64,000 bases of DNA, taken from NCBI GenBank assembly GCA_964649665.1, contig CAZYPU010000004.1, positions 511 to 64,510 of the forward strand, given 5' to 3'. This DNA is from an uncultured Planctomycetia bacterium. Its GTDB lineage: Bacteria; Omnitrophota; Gorgyraeia; JABMRN01; RBG-13-46-9. Made by a program: the position numbers and the translations under genes. The notes beneath the pieces are model-generated. The model made no database searches. It was not told the DNA's origin and was given only the letters and a program-made list of their open reading frames with translations. Shown here piece after piece: positions 11,198 through 20,674 of this stretch (within the stretch, counting starts at the first letter, position 1; every line of letters begins with the position of its first letter).

Positions 11198-11274
11198 CAC
11201 AGATGAGCACAGATAATGTAATCTGTGTTAATCTGTGAAAACTATAGTTTAACGGAAATCTGTGCCGATCTGTG
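11198..11274. repeat. array of six CACAGAT/ATCTGTG heptamers
   Basis: CACAGAT at 11198 and 11208. ATCTGTG at 11221, 11231, 11258 and 11268. The first four form a two-step hairpin. Confidence 0.7.
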
Positions 11275-11294
11275 CACAAAAAAGGAGGTAGGAA

Positions 11295-11600
11295 ATGAAA
11301 GACAAAATACACCCCGATTATAAGGAAGCCACCATAGTTTGTGCCTGCGGGGAGGTAGTGCAGACACGGAGTACAAAGCAAAATATACATGTCGAAATCT
11401 GCTCGAAGTGCCACCCGTTCTTTACGGGCACGCAGAAATTCGTTGATTCCGCCGGAAGGGTCGACAAATTCAAGAAGAGATTCGAGAAGAAACGACCGAA
11501 GGAAGTCCCGAGCACCACAGCAAAAAGTACAGACCGTGAGGGGCGACCGAAGGAAAAGAAGCAAAAAAAGACAGCGGACGAAAATAAAAAGGATGTTTGA
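11295..11600 (+). CDS. rpmE: 50S ribosomal protein L31 (Zn-binding type) with K/E-rich C-terminal extension
   Basis: MKDKIHPDY...CACGE...[19 protein letters not shown]. The tail shares a motif with L3. Confidence 0.9.
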   Translation: MKDKIHPDYKEATIVCACGEVVQTRSTKQNIHVEICSKCHPFFTGTQKFVDSAGRVDKFKKRFEKKRPKEVPSTTAKSTDREGRPKEKKQKKTADENKKDV

Positions 11601-12654
11601 GAAGCTGGAAGAGAAATTAAAAAGGTTCGCGGAGCTTGAGCGTTTGGTTGCTGACCCGGCGGTTATCTCCAACCCGCGGGAATACAAGAAATGCGCCAAG
11701 GAGCTTTCGCTCCTGCAGAAGTTCGCCTCCAGGTATGTGGAATACAAGAGAATCGACGCTGAAATTTCCTCTCTCGAGATCATCTTGAAAGAAAAAGGCC
11801 ACGAGACGGATTTTTTGGAACTTGCGCGTGAAGAATTAAAAGAATTGAGAGCGAAGCGGGAAGCGCTCCGCAGGAAACTTGAGGAACTTCTCGCGGAAAA
11901 GGACGAAAACGCCGGTAAGGACATAATAATGGAGATACGCCAGGGCACCGGCGGCGTGGAAGCCGGGCTTTTTGCGCAGGATCTGTTCAGGATGTACTCT
12001 AAATACGCCGCCAGGAAAAACTGGAAAGTTGAAGTCATATCAACGAGCACGACCGAAAAGGGCGGTTTCAAAGAAGTTATATTTTCCGTATCCGGCGAAG
12101 GCATCTACGGCAGGCTAAAGTATGAAAGCGGCACCCATAGGGTCCAACGGGTTCCGGCCACCGAGGGAAGCGGCAGGATACACACTTCCGCGACAACGGT
12201 AGCGGTGCTGCCCGAGGCGGAAGATGTGGACATTGAGATAAAGGGCCAGGACTTAAAAATTGATGTTTTTCGGGCCGGCGGAAGAGGGGGGCAGCACGTC
12301 AACGTAACCGATTCCGCGGTAAGGATTACACACCTTCCAACGGGCCTTGTGGTGACGTGCCAGGACGAGCGATCGCAGCACAAGAATAAAGCCAAGGCCC
12401 TTAGAGTGCTCCGGGCAAGGCTTTTTGACAAAATAACGCAGGACAAGAAAAAAAAGCGTTCGCAGGAAAGAAAGGTGCAGGTCGGTTCCGGTGACAGATC
12501 CGAAAAAATACGGACTTATAATTTTCCCTCAAGGCGCGTAACGGATCACAGGATAGGATTTACCGTGCACCGCCTGGAAGAGGTTTTAAACGGCGATCTC
12601 GACGAGCTTATAGACGCGCTCCTGGAAGCAGACAGGAAGGCGAAGGTAAAGTGA
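11593..12654 (+). CDS. prfA: peptide chain release factor 1
   Basis: Start placed at ATG 11593 ([12 protein letters not shown]), overlapping the rpmE stop by 8 nt. GGQ motif [11 protein letters not shown]. Confidence 0.93.
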   Translation: MFEKLEEKLKRFAELERLVADPAVISNPREYKKCAKELSLLQKFASRYVEYKRIDAEISSLEIILKEKGHETDFLELAREELKELRAKREALRRKLEELLAEKDENAGKDIIMEIRQGTGGVEAGLFAQDLFRMYSKYAARKNWKVEVISTSTTEKGGFKEVIFSVSGEGIYGRLKYESGTHRVQRVPATEGSGRIHTSATTVAVLPEAEDVDIEIKGQDLKIDVFRAGGRGGQHVNVTDSAVRITHLPTGLVVTCQDERSQHKNKAKALRVLRARLFDKITQDKKKKRSQERKVQVGSGDRSEKIRTYNFPSRRVTDHRIGFTVHRLEEVLNGDLDELIDALLEADRKAKVK

Positions 12655-13346
12655 CCCCGCGCTTCCGCACGGGGAAGGCGAATATGGATAATATAGCGTA
12701 TTTTTTAGATTTTGAATTTGATACGGGAAATACAACCTTTTATCCCCGGCCGGAAACGGAGCTCCTGGTTGAAAAAGCCGTGGATTTATTATCTGCCGCG
12801 CGCGGACACCCCGCGCCGCAGCGGATAATGGACATCGGCACCGGCTGCGGAAGCATCGCAATAAGTTTGACAAAGTACATGCCTTCGAGTAGAATAGTCG
12901 CTACGGATATTTCCGATTCCGCGCTTCAAATTGCCGGAGAGAACGCTTTAAAATACGGCGTCTCCGACAGGATCGACTTCGTAAAAAGCGATCTTTTCGC
13001 GGACATAGGCAGGAATCGGTATAAAGATTTTTTCGATTTAATAATTTCAAATCCGCCCTATGTTTCACTCGAAGACTTTCCTTCGCTTTCCGCAAAAACG
13101 AAAGAAGATCCGTACATAGCGCTTTCGGGCGGCACCGGCGGCATGGATTTTTACAGGAGGATAAAGCTCGCCGCGCCGTTCTTTTTGAAGCAAAACGGAC
13201 TTCTATTAATGGAGATTGGTTATGACCAGTCTGCAAGCGTAAGGGGGATGCTGGAGAAATCCGGCACTTTTTCCCGTATAGAAATTTATAAGGATTATTC
13301 AGGTATCGACAGGATCGTAAAGGCTGAAAAATGGACAAGCTTGTAA
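12651..13346 (+). CDS. prmC: release factor glutamine methyltransferase (short form)
   Basis: NPPY motif (IISNPPYVS) and SAM-binding DIGTGCGSIA. Follows prfA. Start uncertain (GTG 12651 or ATG 12684). Confidence 0.75.
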   Translation: MTPRFRTGKANMDNIAYFLDFEFDTGNTTFYPRPETELLVEKAVDLLSAARGHPAPQRIMDIGTGCGSIAISLTKYMPSSRIVATDISDSALQIAGENALKYGVSDRIDFVKSDLFADIGRNRYKDFFDLIISNPPYVSLEDFPSLSAKTKEDPYIALSGGTGGMDFYRRIKLAAPFFLKQNGLLLMEIGYDQSASVRGMLEKSGTFSRIEIYKDYSGIDRIVKAEKWTSL

Positions 13347-14596
13347 TACACGGCGGAGCCCGGCTAAGCGGCACGGTCAGTATAAGCGGCGCTAAAAACG
13401 CGGCGCTGCCGATAATAGCGGCGTCCCTCTTGACCGACGATACATGTGTAATAAACAACATCCCCGCTTTAAAAGACATCGACACTATGCTGGAAATACT
13501 GCTGGCCCTTGAAACAAGTGTCGAAAGAAAAAAATCGAGCGTCGCCATAAACGGCCGCTCGGGCAATGTCAAAGCGCCTTATGGCCTTGTCAGTACAATG
13601 AGGGCCTCCGTATGCGTTTTGGGGCCGCTTCTCGCGAAGAATAAAGCTGCCGAAGTTTCCTTTCCCGGCGGCTGCATTATAGGGACACGCCCGATAGATT
13701 TACACTTGAAGGGCCTTGAAAGCCTCGGCGCCGAAATAAAAATAAAATCCGGATATATCGTAGCAAAGGCGAAAAAACTGAAAGGCGCGAAAATCTATCT
13801 GGGAGGACATTTTGGTTCCAGCGTTTTGGCGACGGCCAATACCATGATGGCTGCTACGCTGGCGGAGGGCACCACGGTTATAGAAAATGCCGCCTGCGAA
13901 CCGGAAATAGTGGACCTGGCCGATTTTCTGATTGCTATGGGCGCGAAAATTTCCGGCCACTCTACGCCGACTGTGAGAATAAAAGGCGTTAGAAAACTTC
14001 ACGGCGCCCGTCACACCATAATTCCGGACCGCGTGGAGACGGGAACCTACATGCTGGCGGGCGCGATAACCGGCGGCGATATATTTCTCAAAAACGCAAG
14101 GCCCGCGCATCTCTTGGCCGTTATTGACAAGCTGCGGGAGTGCGGGGCTCTTATAAGCGAACAAAAAAACGGTATAAGGGTAAGGCGAAGCGCAAAAAGC
14201 AAGATGCGCCCCACAGCCGTTACGACGCTTCCTTACCCGGGCTTTCCGACGGACATGCAGGCGCAGATGATGAGTCTTCTTTGTCTCTCGGACGGAATCA
14301 GCGTAATAACCGAAAAGATTTACCCCGAACGCTTTATTCATGTAAGCGAATTAAGCAGAATGGGAGCGCGTATTTTAATCGAGGGCCCTAACGCTATCAT
14401 AAATGGCGTGAAGCGCTTAAGCGGTGCCGAGGTAATGGCTTCGGATCTGAGGGCGTCGGCGGCACTTGTGCTGGCCGGCCTTGTCGCTAATGGAAAAACC
14501 AGCGTTCACAGGATTTACCACCTGGACCGGGGGTACGAGAGATTAGACGCGAAACTTGCAGGCGTAGGTGCGAGGATTTGGAGAGAGAAGGAGTAG
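13331..14596 (+). CDS. murA: UDP-N-acetylglucosamine 1-carboxyvinyltransferase
   Basis: 421 aa. MDKLVIHGGARLSGTVSISGAKNAALPI is a typical MurA N-terminus. Confidence 0.93.
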   Translation: MDKLVIHGGARLSGTVSISGAKNAALPIIAASLLTDDTCVINNIPALKDIDTMLEILLALETSVERKKSSVAINGRSGNVKAPYGLVSTMRASVCVLGPLLAKNKAAEVSFPGGCIIGTRPIDLHLKGLESLGAEIKIKSGYIVAKAKKLKGAKIYLGGHFGSSVLATANTMMAATLAEGTTVIENAACEPEIVDLADFLIAMGAKISGHSTPTVRIKGVRKLHGARHTIIPDRVETGTYMLAGAITGGDIFLKNARPAHLLAVIDKLRECGALISEQKNGIRVRRSAKSKMRPTAVTTLPYPGFPTDMQAQMMSLLCLSDGISVITEKIYPERFIHVSELSRMGARILIEGPNAIINGVKRLSGAEVMASDLRASAALVLAGLVANGKTSVHRIYHLDRGYERLDAKLAGVGARIWREKE

Positions 14597-14654
14597 TGAA
14601 TATAGTGTTATGAAGGACGAGGGACGACAGTAATTAAGCAAAAAGGAGACACAA

Positions 14655-14900
14655 ATGGCAGTAGTGTTAAGGCTAAAAAGAATGGGAACGAATAAGAAAC
14701 CGTTTTACAGGATAGTGGCTACGGAAAAAACAAGTCCGAGAGACGGGCGCTTCATAGAAGAAATAGGGCATTATGATCCCAAGACGGATCCGGCGGCCGT
14801 AAAGATCGACCGGGAAAAAGCGCTTTATTGGCTGAAAAACGGCGCCAAGCCATCCGTGACGGTTCGAAGCCTGTTAAAGAAGCAGGGAATAAAACATTAA
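14655..14900 (+). CDS. rpsP: 30S ribosomal protein S16
   Basis: [22 protein letters not shown]. Confidence 0.93.
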   Translation: MAVVLRLKRMGTNKKPFYRIVATEKTSPRDGRFIEEIGHYDPKTDPAAVKIDREKALYWLKNGAKPSVTVRSLLKKQGIKH

Positions 14901-14927
14901 ATTCGAGGCATGAGAGTGCCGGGCGCT

Positions 14928-15638
14928 ATGAAAGTTGATATACTCACGCTCTTTCCAGGGATGTTCGAAAACGTGCTGAATGAATCCATGCTCAAAATCG
15001 CGCAGAGGAAGAAAAAAGTTATGGTAAAGGTGCGCGATTTGAGAAAGTGGACTTCGGACAGGCACAGGACAGCGGATGACAAACCCTACGGCGGGGGCGC
15101 GGGCATGGTTATGAAGATAGAGCCTATACACGCGGCTCTCGTGGGTGTGCTGGGCAAGCGGAAGATGAAAAAGCTAAGCGGCGGCGGAACCGCCAGGGGC
15201 ATAAAAATAGTTTTGCTGACACCCGGGGGCCGGCGTTTCAACCAGAGAACGGCCAAAAAATTTTCAAAGTCAAATCACATTATATTTGTATGCGGGCATT
15301 ATGAAGGGATCGACGAACGCGTCAGGGCGCTTGTGACCGATGAGATATCGATAGGCGATTACATAATGACCGGGGGTGAGGTGCCCGCCATGGTCATTTT
15401 GGATGCGGTGACGAGACTTGTGCCGGGCGTTCTGGGCGGGGGCGCGTCGCTGGAATGCGAATCGTTCGAAAACAACTTACTTGAGTACCCGCAGTATACG
15501 AGGCCGCGGGATTTTGCGGGGATGAAAGTTCCCGGGATACTGTTAAGCGGAAACCACGGCGCGATCAGGCGCTGGCGCAAAAAGGAATCATTAAAAAAGA
15601 CAAAAGAAATGAGGAGAGATTTGCTATGGAAAAAATAA
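14928..15638 (+). CDS. trmD: tRNA (guanine37-N1)-methyltransferase
   Basis: [14 protein letters not shown]-terminus (the ORF track starts at 14910). [13 protein letters not shown] motif. Confidence 0.9.
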   Translation: MKVDILTLFPGMFENVLNESMLKIAQRKKKVMVKVRDLRKWTSDRHRTADDKPYGGGAGMVMKIEPIHAALVGVLGKRKMKKLSGGGTARGIKIVLLTPGGRRFNQRTAKKFSKSNHIIFVCGHYEGIDERVRALVTDEISIGDYIMTGGEVPAMVILDAVTRLVPGVLGGGASLECESFENNLLEYPQYTRPRDFAGMKVPGILLSGNHGAIRRWRKKESLKKTKEMRRDLLWKK

Positions 15639-15976
15639 AACAGGAAGTTTCGAAATTCAGCGTGGGCGATACGGTGCTTGTTTACGTCAAAATAAAAGAA
15701 GAAGGTAAAGCCAGGATCCAGAGTTTTGAGGGCGTCGTTATAAGAAAAAAGGGCTCGGGCGCCGGAGAGACGTTTACGGTCCGCCGGGTCTCTTACGGCG
15801 AAGGCGTCGAAAGGACATTTACTCTCCGTTCGCCTTTTATCGAAAAGATAGACGTGAAGAAAAAGGGCGCCACGCGCCGCGCAAAGCTTTATTACATCAG
15901 AAACAGGAAGGGTAAAAAGTCCAAACTTGCCGAACGCGTTGAAAAAAAAGATGCCTCCTCCGAAGCCGAGCGCTAA
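15626..15976 (+). CDS. rplS: 50S ribosomal protein L19
   Basis: [29 protein letters not shown]. Follows trmD as usual. Confidence 0.92.
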   Translation: MEKIKQEVSKFSVGDTVLVYVKIKEEGKARIQSFEGVVIRKKGSGAGETFTVRRVSYGEGVERTFTLRSPFIEKIDVKKKGATRRAKLYYIRNRKGKKSKLAERVEKKDASSEAER

Positions 15977-16004
15977 AGCCGGGCAGACAATTTGGCGTAG
16001 GAGA

Positions 16005-16604
16005 ATGCTTTACCACGAACGGAGGGCGCGTAAGGACGGCTATAAAAATATTGCCGGTATAGACGAAGCCGGCCGCGGTCCGCTGGCGGGCCCCGTTGTG
16101 GCCTGCGCGCTGTCCTTAAAACGCACCCGCTTTAATTGCAGGGTAGATGATTCGAAAAAGCTTACCCCTCGGATGCGCCTCATCGCCTACGACGAAATTC
16201 TTGAAAAGGCCCTCTTCGGGATCGGGATCATAAACGAGAAAATCATAGACCGGATCAACATATATAACGCGACGAAAAGGGCGATGCGCAGGGCCCTTGA
16301 AAGCTTGAGCGTAAAACCGGACCTTGTGCTTGTCGACGGGAATATCGCTTTAATTGCGCCGGGCGACAAGAAATATATTACGGGCGGCGACTCGAAAAGC
16401 CTTTCGATTGCCTGCGCTTCGATAATCGCCAAGGTTACGCGCGACAGGATAATGCTGAAATACCACGAAAAGTACCCCCGCTACGGCTTCTCCCGCCACA
16501 AGGGTTACGGCACAAAAGAGCATATGCGGCTTCTCCTAAAGCACGGCCCCTCACCGATCCACCGTCGCTCCTTCAATCCTGTCAAACAAATGGTTGCGCG
16601 ATAA
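16005..16604 (+). CDS. rnhB: ribonuclease HII
   Basis: GIDEAGRGPLAGPV motif. Start placed at ATG 16005 (AGGAG RBS) rather than 15927. Confidence 0.88.
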   Translation: MLYHERRARKDGYKNIAGIDEAGRGPLAGPVVACALSLKRTRFNCRVDDSKKLTPRMRLIAYDEILEKALFGIGIINEKIIDRINIYNATKRAMRRALESLSVKPDLVLVDGNIALIAPGDKKYITGGDSKSLSIACASIIAKVTRDRIMLKYHEKYPRYGFSRHKGYGTKEHMRLLLKHGPSPIHRRSFNPVKQMVAR

Positions 16605-16622
16605 ATAAGAAGAACTCAGGTG

Positions 16623-16651
16623 TTGACAGGATGCACATTATCGTATATACT
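16623..16651 (+). promoter_or_regulatory. sigma70-type promoter upstream of fhs
   Basis: TTGACA (16623-16628), 17 nt spacer, TATACT (16646-16651). Confidence 0.5.
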
Positions 16652-16721
16652 AAACACTTGCGGAAAAATAAATAGATTTATATTCTCTTAACATCCATAC
16701 GCAAAGAAAAGGAGAAGGTAC

Positions 16722-18422
16722 ATGAAAAAAGGCCAGCGCGGAAGAAAAAAATCGCAGAAACCGAACTTAAAACCCATAGAAGAGATTGCAAGGTCAGCCG
16801 GTATAAGGAAGAAGTATCTTGAACTGTACGGCCCGTACAAGGCCAAGGTATCGTTGGATATATTAAAAGCGATAGGGAGGGGGAAGAAGGGGAAATACGT
16901 TCTTCTTACTTCGGTTACTCCGACGCCGTTCGGGGAAGGGAAAACGCTGACCGCCATAGCGCTCTCTATGGCGTTTAAACGGCTGAAAAAAAAAGCGATT
17001 TCCTGCATAATGCAGCCTTTTTTGGGAGGAATTTTTGGAATAAAAGGGCCGGGCACCGGCGCGGGATTATCCAGGGTATTTCCTTCAGACGAGGCCAATC
17101 TCCATTTGACGGGCGATATGCACGCGGTCATGTCAGCGCACAATCTATGCGCCGCTTACCTTGATAATTCCATTTTCAGGGGAAATCCCCTGGGGATTGA
17201 CCCGGCATCTATCGTGTGGACGCGCGTGATAGACACAAATGACCGTTCTCTAAGAACGATCAATACGGGGCTCGGTTCAAAAAGCGACGGCATCTCGCGA
17301 AAGACCGGCTTTGAAATAGTTCCGGCGAGCGAACTCATGGAAATTTTGACGCTGGCCGAAAGCGTGAAAGACTTAAGGGAGCGCATAGGGAGGATCATTG
17401 TCGCTTTCACGGCGAAGGGAAAGCCGATAACGTGCGACAATATCAAAGTCGCCGGCGCCATGACAGTGCTTTTAAAAGACGCACTGAAGCCGAATCTGCT
17501 GCAGACGACGGAGCACACCCCGTGCTTTATGCACCTGGGTTCCTTGGCGAACACTTCGCTCGGCTCAAGCTCGCTTATCGCGGATAAAATTGCGTTAGGC
17601 CTTTCCGATTACGTTATTACGGAAACAGGGTTTGGCACTGATATGGGCGCGGAAAAGTTTTTCGACATAAAATGCAGGGTAAGTGGTTTCAAGCCGGACG
17701 CCTGCGTAATAGTGTGTTCCACACGCTCTTTCAAGGCGCACAGCATCGATTTTGACGTAAACACGGGAAAATTGCCGCGTGAACTTTTGCGGGAGAATGT
17801 CTCAGCGGTGGAAAAGGGGCTCTCGAACCTGGAAAAGCACATCGAAAATCTCCGGACTTTCGAGGTGCCCGTCGTCGTGTGCATAAACCGTTTCCAGGGG
17901 GATACCGAAAAGGAGATTAACGTGATCTCGCGCAGGGCTCAGGGCCTCGGCGTTTTTGCCGTCGCCGTGAGCGACGCCTTTGCGACAGGCGGCCAGGGCG
18001 CAATAGCCCTTGCCGAATGCATAATACGCGCCTGCAGGGAAAAGTCCGGCTTCAGATTCCTTTACCCCCTCGATATTCCGCTAAAGGATAAAATAAGGAG
18101 AATCGCAAAGACGATTTATGGCGCTAAAGAGGTGACGTTTTCGGAGGAGGCGAACAAAAAAGTGCTCGCTCTCAAGAAGCTGAAACTGGACAACCTCCCG
18201 ATATGCATGGCTAAAACGCACCTTTCAATTTCACACAATCCAAAGCGAAAGGGGCGGCCGCACGGTTTTAAATTTCCCATCGAAAATATCGCGATCCATA
18301 ACGGTGCCGGCTGTATAACGACGTACTCGGAAAACGTAAAAAAGCTGCCGGGCCTGCCGAAAGTTCCGCGCGGAGCAAGAATCGATATCGACGAAACAGG
18401 AAGCGCGGTCGGCCTCTTTTAA
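16722..18422 (+). CDS. fhs: formate-tetrahydrofolate ligase
   Basis: 566 aa. TPTPFGEGKTLT and MAKTHLS motifs typical of FTHFS. Confidence 0.93.
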   Translation: MKKGQRGRKKSQKPNLKPIEEIARSAGIRKKYLELYGPYKAKVSLDILKAIGRGKKGKYVLLTSVTPTPFGEGKTLTAIALSMAFKRLKKKAISCIMQPFLGGIFGIKGPGTGAGLSRVFPSDEANLHLTGDMHAVMSAHNLCAAYLDNSIFRGNPLGIDPASIVWTRVIDTNDRSLRTINTGLGSKSDGISRKTGFEIVPASELMEILTLAESVKDLRERIGRIIVAFTAKGKPITCDNIKVAGAMTVLLKDALKPNLLQTTEHTPCFMHLGSLANTSLGSSSLIADKIALGLSDYVITETGFGTDMGAEKFFDIKCRVSGFKPDACVIVCSTRSFKAHSIDFDVNTGKLPRELLRENVSAVEKGLSNLEKHIENLRTFEVPVVVCINRFQGDTEKEINVISRRAQGLGVFAVAVSDAFATGGQGAIALAECIIRACREKSGFRFLYPLDIPLKDKIRRIAKTIYGAKEVTFSEEANKKVLALKKLKLDNLPICMAKTHLSISHNPKRKGRPHGFKFPIENIAIHNGAGCITTYSENVKKLPGLPKVPRGARIDIDETGSAVGLF

Positions 18423-18503
18423 TAGACACAGATGAGAACAGATGTTATTGCGAGGCGCGAAGCCCCGAACGAATTCCGCAGATTAGCGCAAATTCCGCCG
18501 ATA

Positions 18504-19268
18504 ATGCAATTTCTTATCGCGGCGCTCGTCTTGGCGCCTCTTGCAGGCTGCGCGGAAAACACCCGCCTTGCCAAAAATATCCCGCTTATGGATACGTTTG
18601 TCCGCGTAGAGCTCAGAGATGCCGGTAATAGAAAGCTGGCGGTAGGGGCGATAGACGAAGCAATCAACCGGATGAGAAAACTCGCCGCGCAGCTTGATTA
18701 CAAGTCCGGTAAATGCCAAGAGACCGCGGATACGCGAAAAGTATTGAATGAGGCGGCGCGCTTGAAGGAAATGACAGAGGGCGCTTTTGACGTTAATTTT
18801 GAAGGCGGCAGCGAAATAGACCTGGGAGGCATAGCCAAGGGGTTTATCGTCGATGAGGGAATCCTGGTTTTAAAAAAGCACGGCATAAGGGAAGCTATTA
18901 TAAATGCGGGCGGGGACATGTACTGCATGGGGAAATACAGGATTGGCGTAAGAGACCCGGGCCGCCGGCGCAAAATTATCGCGGTGCTTTTGGCGCGCGA
19001 TAAAGGCATTGCGACCTCGGCCGATTACGAAAGGGGAGCCCATATAATCGATCCGCGAAAAGGGCAGGCCGTTATAAAACCCGGAAAGAGCGTAACGGTT
19101 ACGGCCGAAACCTGCATGCGGGCGGATGCATTAGCGACCGCACTGTACGTAATGGAGCCCCGCGAGGGCCTTTCGCTTATCGAAACCATAACCGGCGCCG
19201 AATGTTTTATCGTGGACGAAAATGGAAAGACCTATGTCTCGGGCGGCCTTAGACTGGAAGAGAAATAA
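18504..19268 (+). CDS. apbE: ApbE-family FAD:protein FMN transferase lipoprotein (short)
   Basis: Start placed at ATG 18504, giving the lipobox MQFLIAALVLAPLAGC. GGIAKGFIVDEG and ATSADYER motifs. Confidence 0.7.
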   Translation: MQFLIAALVLAPLAGCAENTRLAKNIPLMDTFVRVELRDAGNRKLAVGAIDEAINRMRKLAAQLDYKSGKCQETADTRKVLNEAARLKEMTEGAFDVNFEGGSEIDLGGIAKGFIVDEGILVLKKHGIREAIINAGGDMYCMGKYRIGVRDPGRRRKIIAVLLARDKGIATSADYERGAHIIDPRKGQAVIKPGKSVTVTAETCMRADALATALYVMEPREGLSLIETITGAECFIVDENGKTYVSGGLRLEEK

Positions 19269-19308
19269 AGTGGTCCCTCGCCCCGTCTCGCGGGGTTTAG
19301 GACCGAAT

Positions 19309-19341
19309 AAAAAAGCGCCGCAGTATTCAGTAGCGCTTTTT
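19309..19341. terminator. bidirectional hairpin terminator between apbE and tRNA(CAU)
   Basis: AAAAAGCGC-14 nt loop-GCGCTTTTT, flanked by A-run and T-run. A second GC hairpin lies at ~19271-19303. Confidence 0.55.
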
Positions 19342-19346
19342 ATGTG

Positions 19347-19423
19347 TGGTAGCGGGGGAGAGATTCGAACTCTCGACACTGCGGGTATGAGCCGCATGCT
19401 CTAACCAGCTGAGCTACCCCGCC
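19347..19423 (-). tRNA. tRNA with CAU anticodon (elongator Met or lysidine-dependent Ile2; not resolvable by eye), CCA encoded
   Basis: Reverse complement is GGCGGGGTAGCTCAGCTGGTTAGAGCATGCGGCTCATACCCGCAGTGTCGAGAGTTCGAATCTCTCCCCCGCTACCA. Cloverleaf folds. The anticodon stem lacks the initiator GGG/CCC. Confidence 0.9.
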
Positions 19424-19443
19424 GCATTGTAAGATTTTACACA

Positions 19444-19472
19444 ACTATATAGCATACTCGCAGTTTTGTCAA
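19444..19472 (-). promoter_or_regulatory. sigma70-type promoter for tRNA(CAU)
   Basis: On the minus strand: TTGACA (19472-19467), 17 nt spacer, TATAGT (19449-19444). This lies ~20 nt upstream of the tRNA 5' end. Confidence 0.5.
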
Positions 19473-19505
19473 GTTAAGAGTGAGGGGGGTAATGTCAAGA
19501 TAATT

Positions 19506-19630
19506 GGGCACTTTGCTTCTCCGTCATTGCGGGCCCTTGACATCAAAGATGCCAAGGGCGAAGCAATCTCAAACTAGGAGATTGCTTCGGTCTGCTTCGC
19601 AGACCTCGCAATGACATGTTGGAAGTGCCC
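19506..19630. repeat. 125-nt nested palindromic element (outer two-part stem enclosing three hairpins)
   Basis: GGGCACTT/AAGTGCCC and GTCATTGCG/CGCAATGAC enclose the hairpins GCCCTTG..CAAGGGC, CGAAGCAATCTC..GAGATTGCTTCG (12 bp, perfect) and GTCTGC-TTC-GCAGAC. Confidence 0.6.
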
Positions 19631-19671
19631 GCAATATTTTACATTATCGTGAGGGGGATACCAGGGGTAAT

Positions 19672-20652
19672 ATGCAGCTAAGGCAGCAGGTCATAAACAC
19701 CATAAATCGCTACCGGATGATTGAAAGGGGCGACAGGGTACTCGTAGGCGTTTCCGGCGGGCCGGATTCCGTATTCCTTTTGCATATTTTAAACGGACTC
19801 AAAAACACCCTCGGCATAAAAATATATGTAGCGCATCTGGATCATGGGGTAAGGCCCGGGCAGTCGCGGCGCGACGCGCGGTTTGTAAAAAAACTTGCGA
19901 AGAAACTGGGCCTTAAGGCGGCCTTTAAAGAATTGAAACCGACAAACCTGAAATCAAAACTTTCGCCGGAAGAAGCGCTCAGGGAAAAACGCTACGACTT
20001 TTTCGAAAAAACGGCAAGAAAATTCCGCTCCGGTACCGTCGCGACAGCCCACACACTGGACGATCAGGCGGAAACGGTTATGATGCGCCTTATAAAAGGC
20101 GCGTCGCTGAAAGGCGCCGTCGGAATACACCCGGTAAGAAGAGGGAAAAAGCAGAAATTCGTAAGGCCGCTCTTCGAGTTGGAAAAGAAGGACATCCTGG
20201 CATTTCTGAAAAAAGAAAAGATCGCTTTTCGCCTCGACCGCACAAATGCGGACGAGAGGTTTTTGAGAAACAGGGTGAGGAGAAAAGTGCTCCCATATTT
20301 GGCGAAGATTAACCCGCGCATAAAGAGAGCCCTTTTTAATCTGGCTGAGTCATTGCGCGAGGATTTTCAGTTCATAGAGCGTGAGAAAGAAAGAAGGAAG
20401 AAAATTATTAAAAGCGGCAAGCATTTTTTTTATATCGAACTTTGCGACATGCTTTCGCAGCCGAGGGCGCTGCGCAGGGAAATCGTGAGGGAGGCGCTTC
20501 GCGCCTCCGGGGGAAACATTAAGAAACTGACATACCGCCACTGGAAAGACATCGATGATTTCATAAGAGTGAAGCAAAGAGGAAAATCCATGGACCTTCC
20601 GGGCGGGGTTCGGATGGTAAAGGCGCGCGACAGATTGCTTTTTGCCGGATAG
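19672..20652 (+). CDS. tilS: tRNA(Ile)-lysidine synthase
   Basis: PP-loop VGVSGGPDSV. About 326 aa. Precedes ftsH, as in many bacteria. Confidence 0.88.
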   Translation: MQLRQQVINTINRYRMIERGDRVLVGVSGGPDSVFLLHILNGLKNTLGIKIYVAHLDHGVRPGQSRRDARFVKKLAKKLGLKAAFKELKPTNLKSKLSPEEALREKRYDFFEKTARKFRSGTVATAHTLDDQAETVMMRLIKGASLKGAVGIHPVRRGKKQKFVRPLFELEKKDILAFLKKEKIAFRLDRTNADERFLRNRVRRKVLPYLAKINPRIKRALFNLAESLREDFQFIEREKERRKKIIKSGKHFFYIELCDMLSQPRALRREIVREALRASGGNIKKLTYRHWKDIDDFIRVKQRGKSMDLPGGVRMVKARDRLLFAG

Positions 20653-20674
20653 TATGGTATAATATTAAACTGAT

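Noticed and set aside
11198-11274. CRISPR array
   Set aside because: The units are only 7 nt, in both orientations and with 3-nt spacers. No repeat-spacer periodicity or cas genes appear anywhere in the window.
11389-11592. Upstream extension of the prfA ORF across rpmE
   Set aside because: This is the alternative frame of the L31 gene (Arg/Ser-rich). A canonical RF1 N-terminus begins at ATG 11593.
11097-12104. 335-aa minus-strand ORF
   Set aside because: Antisense to rho, rpmE and prfA. Serine- and leucine-rich shadow frame with no independent support.
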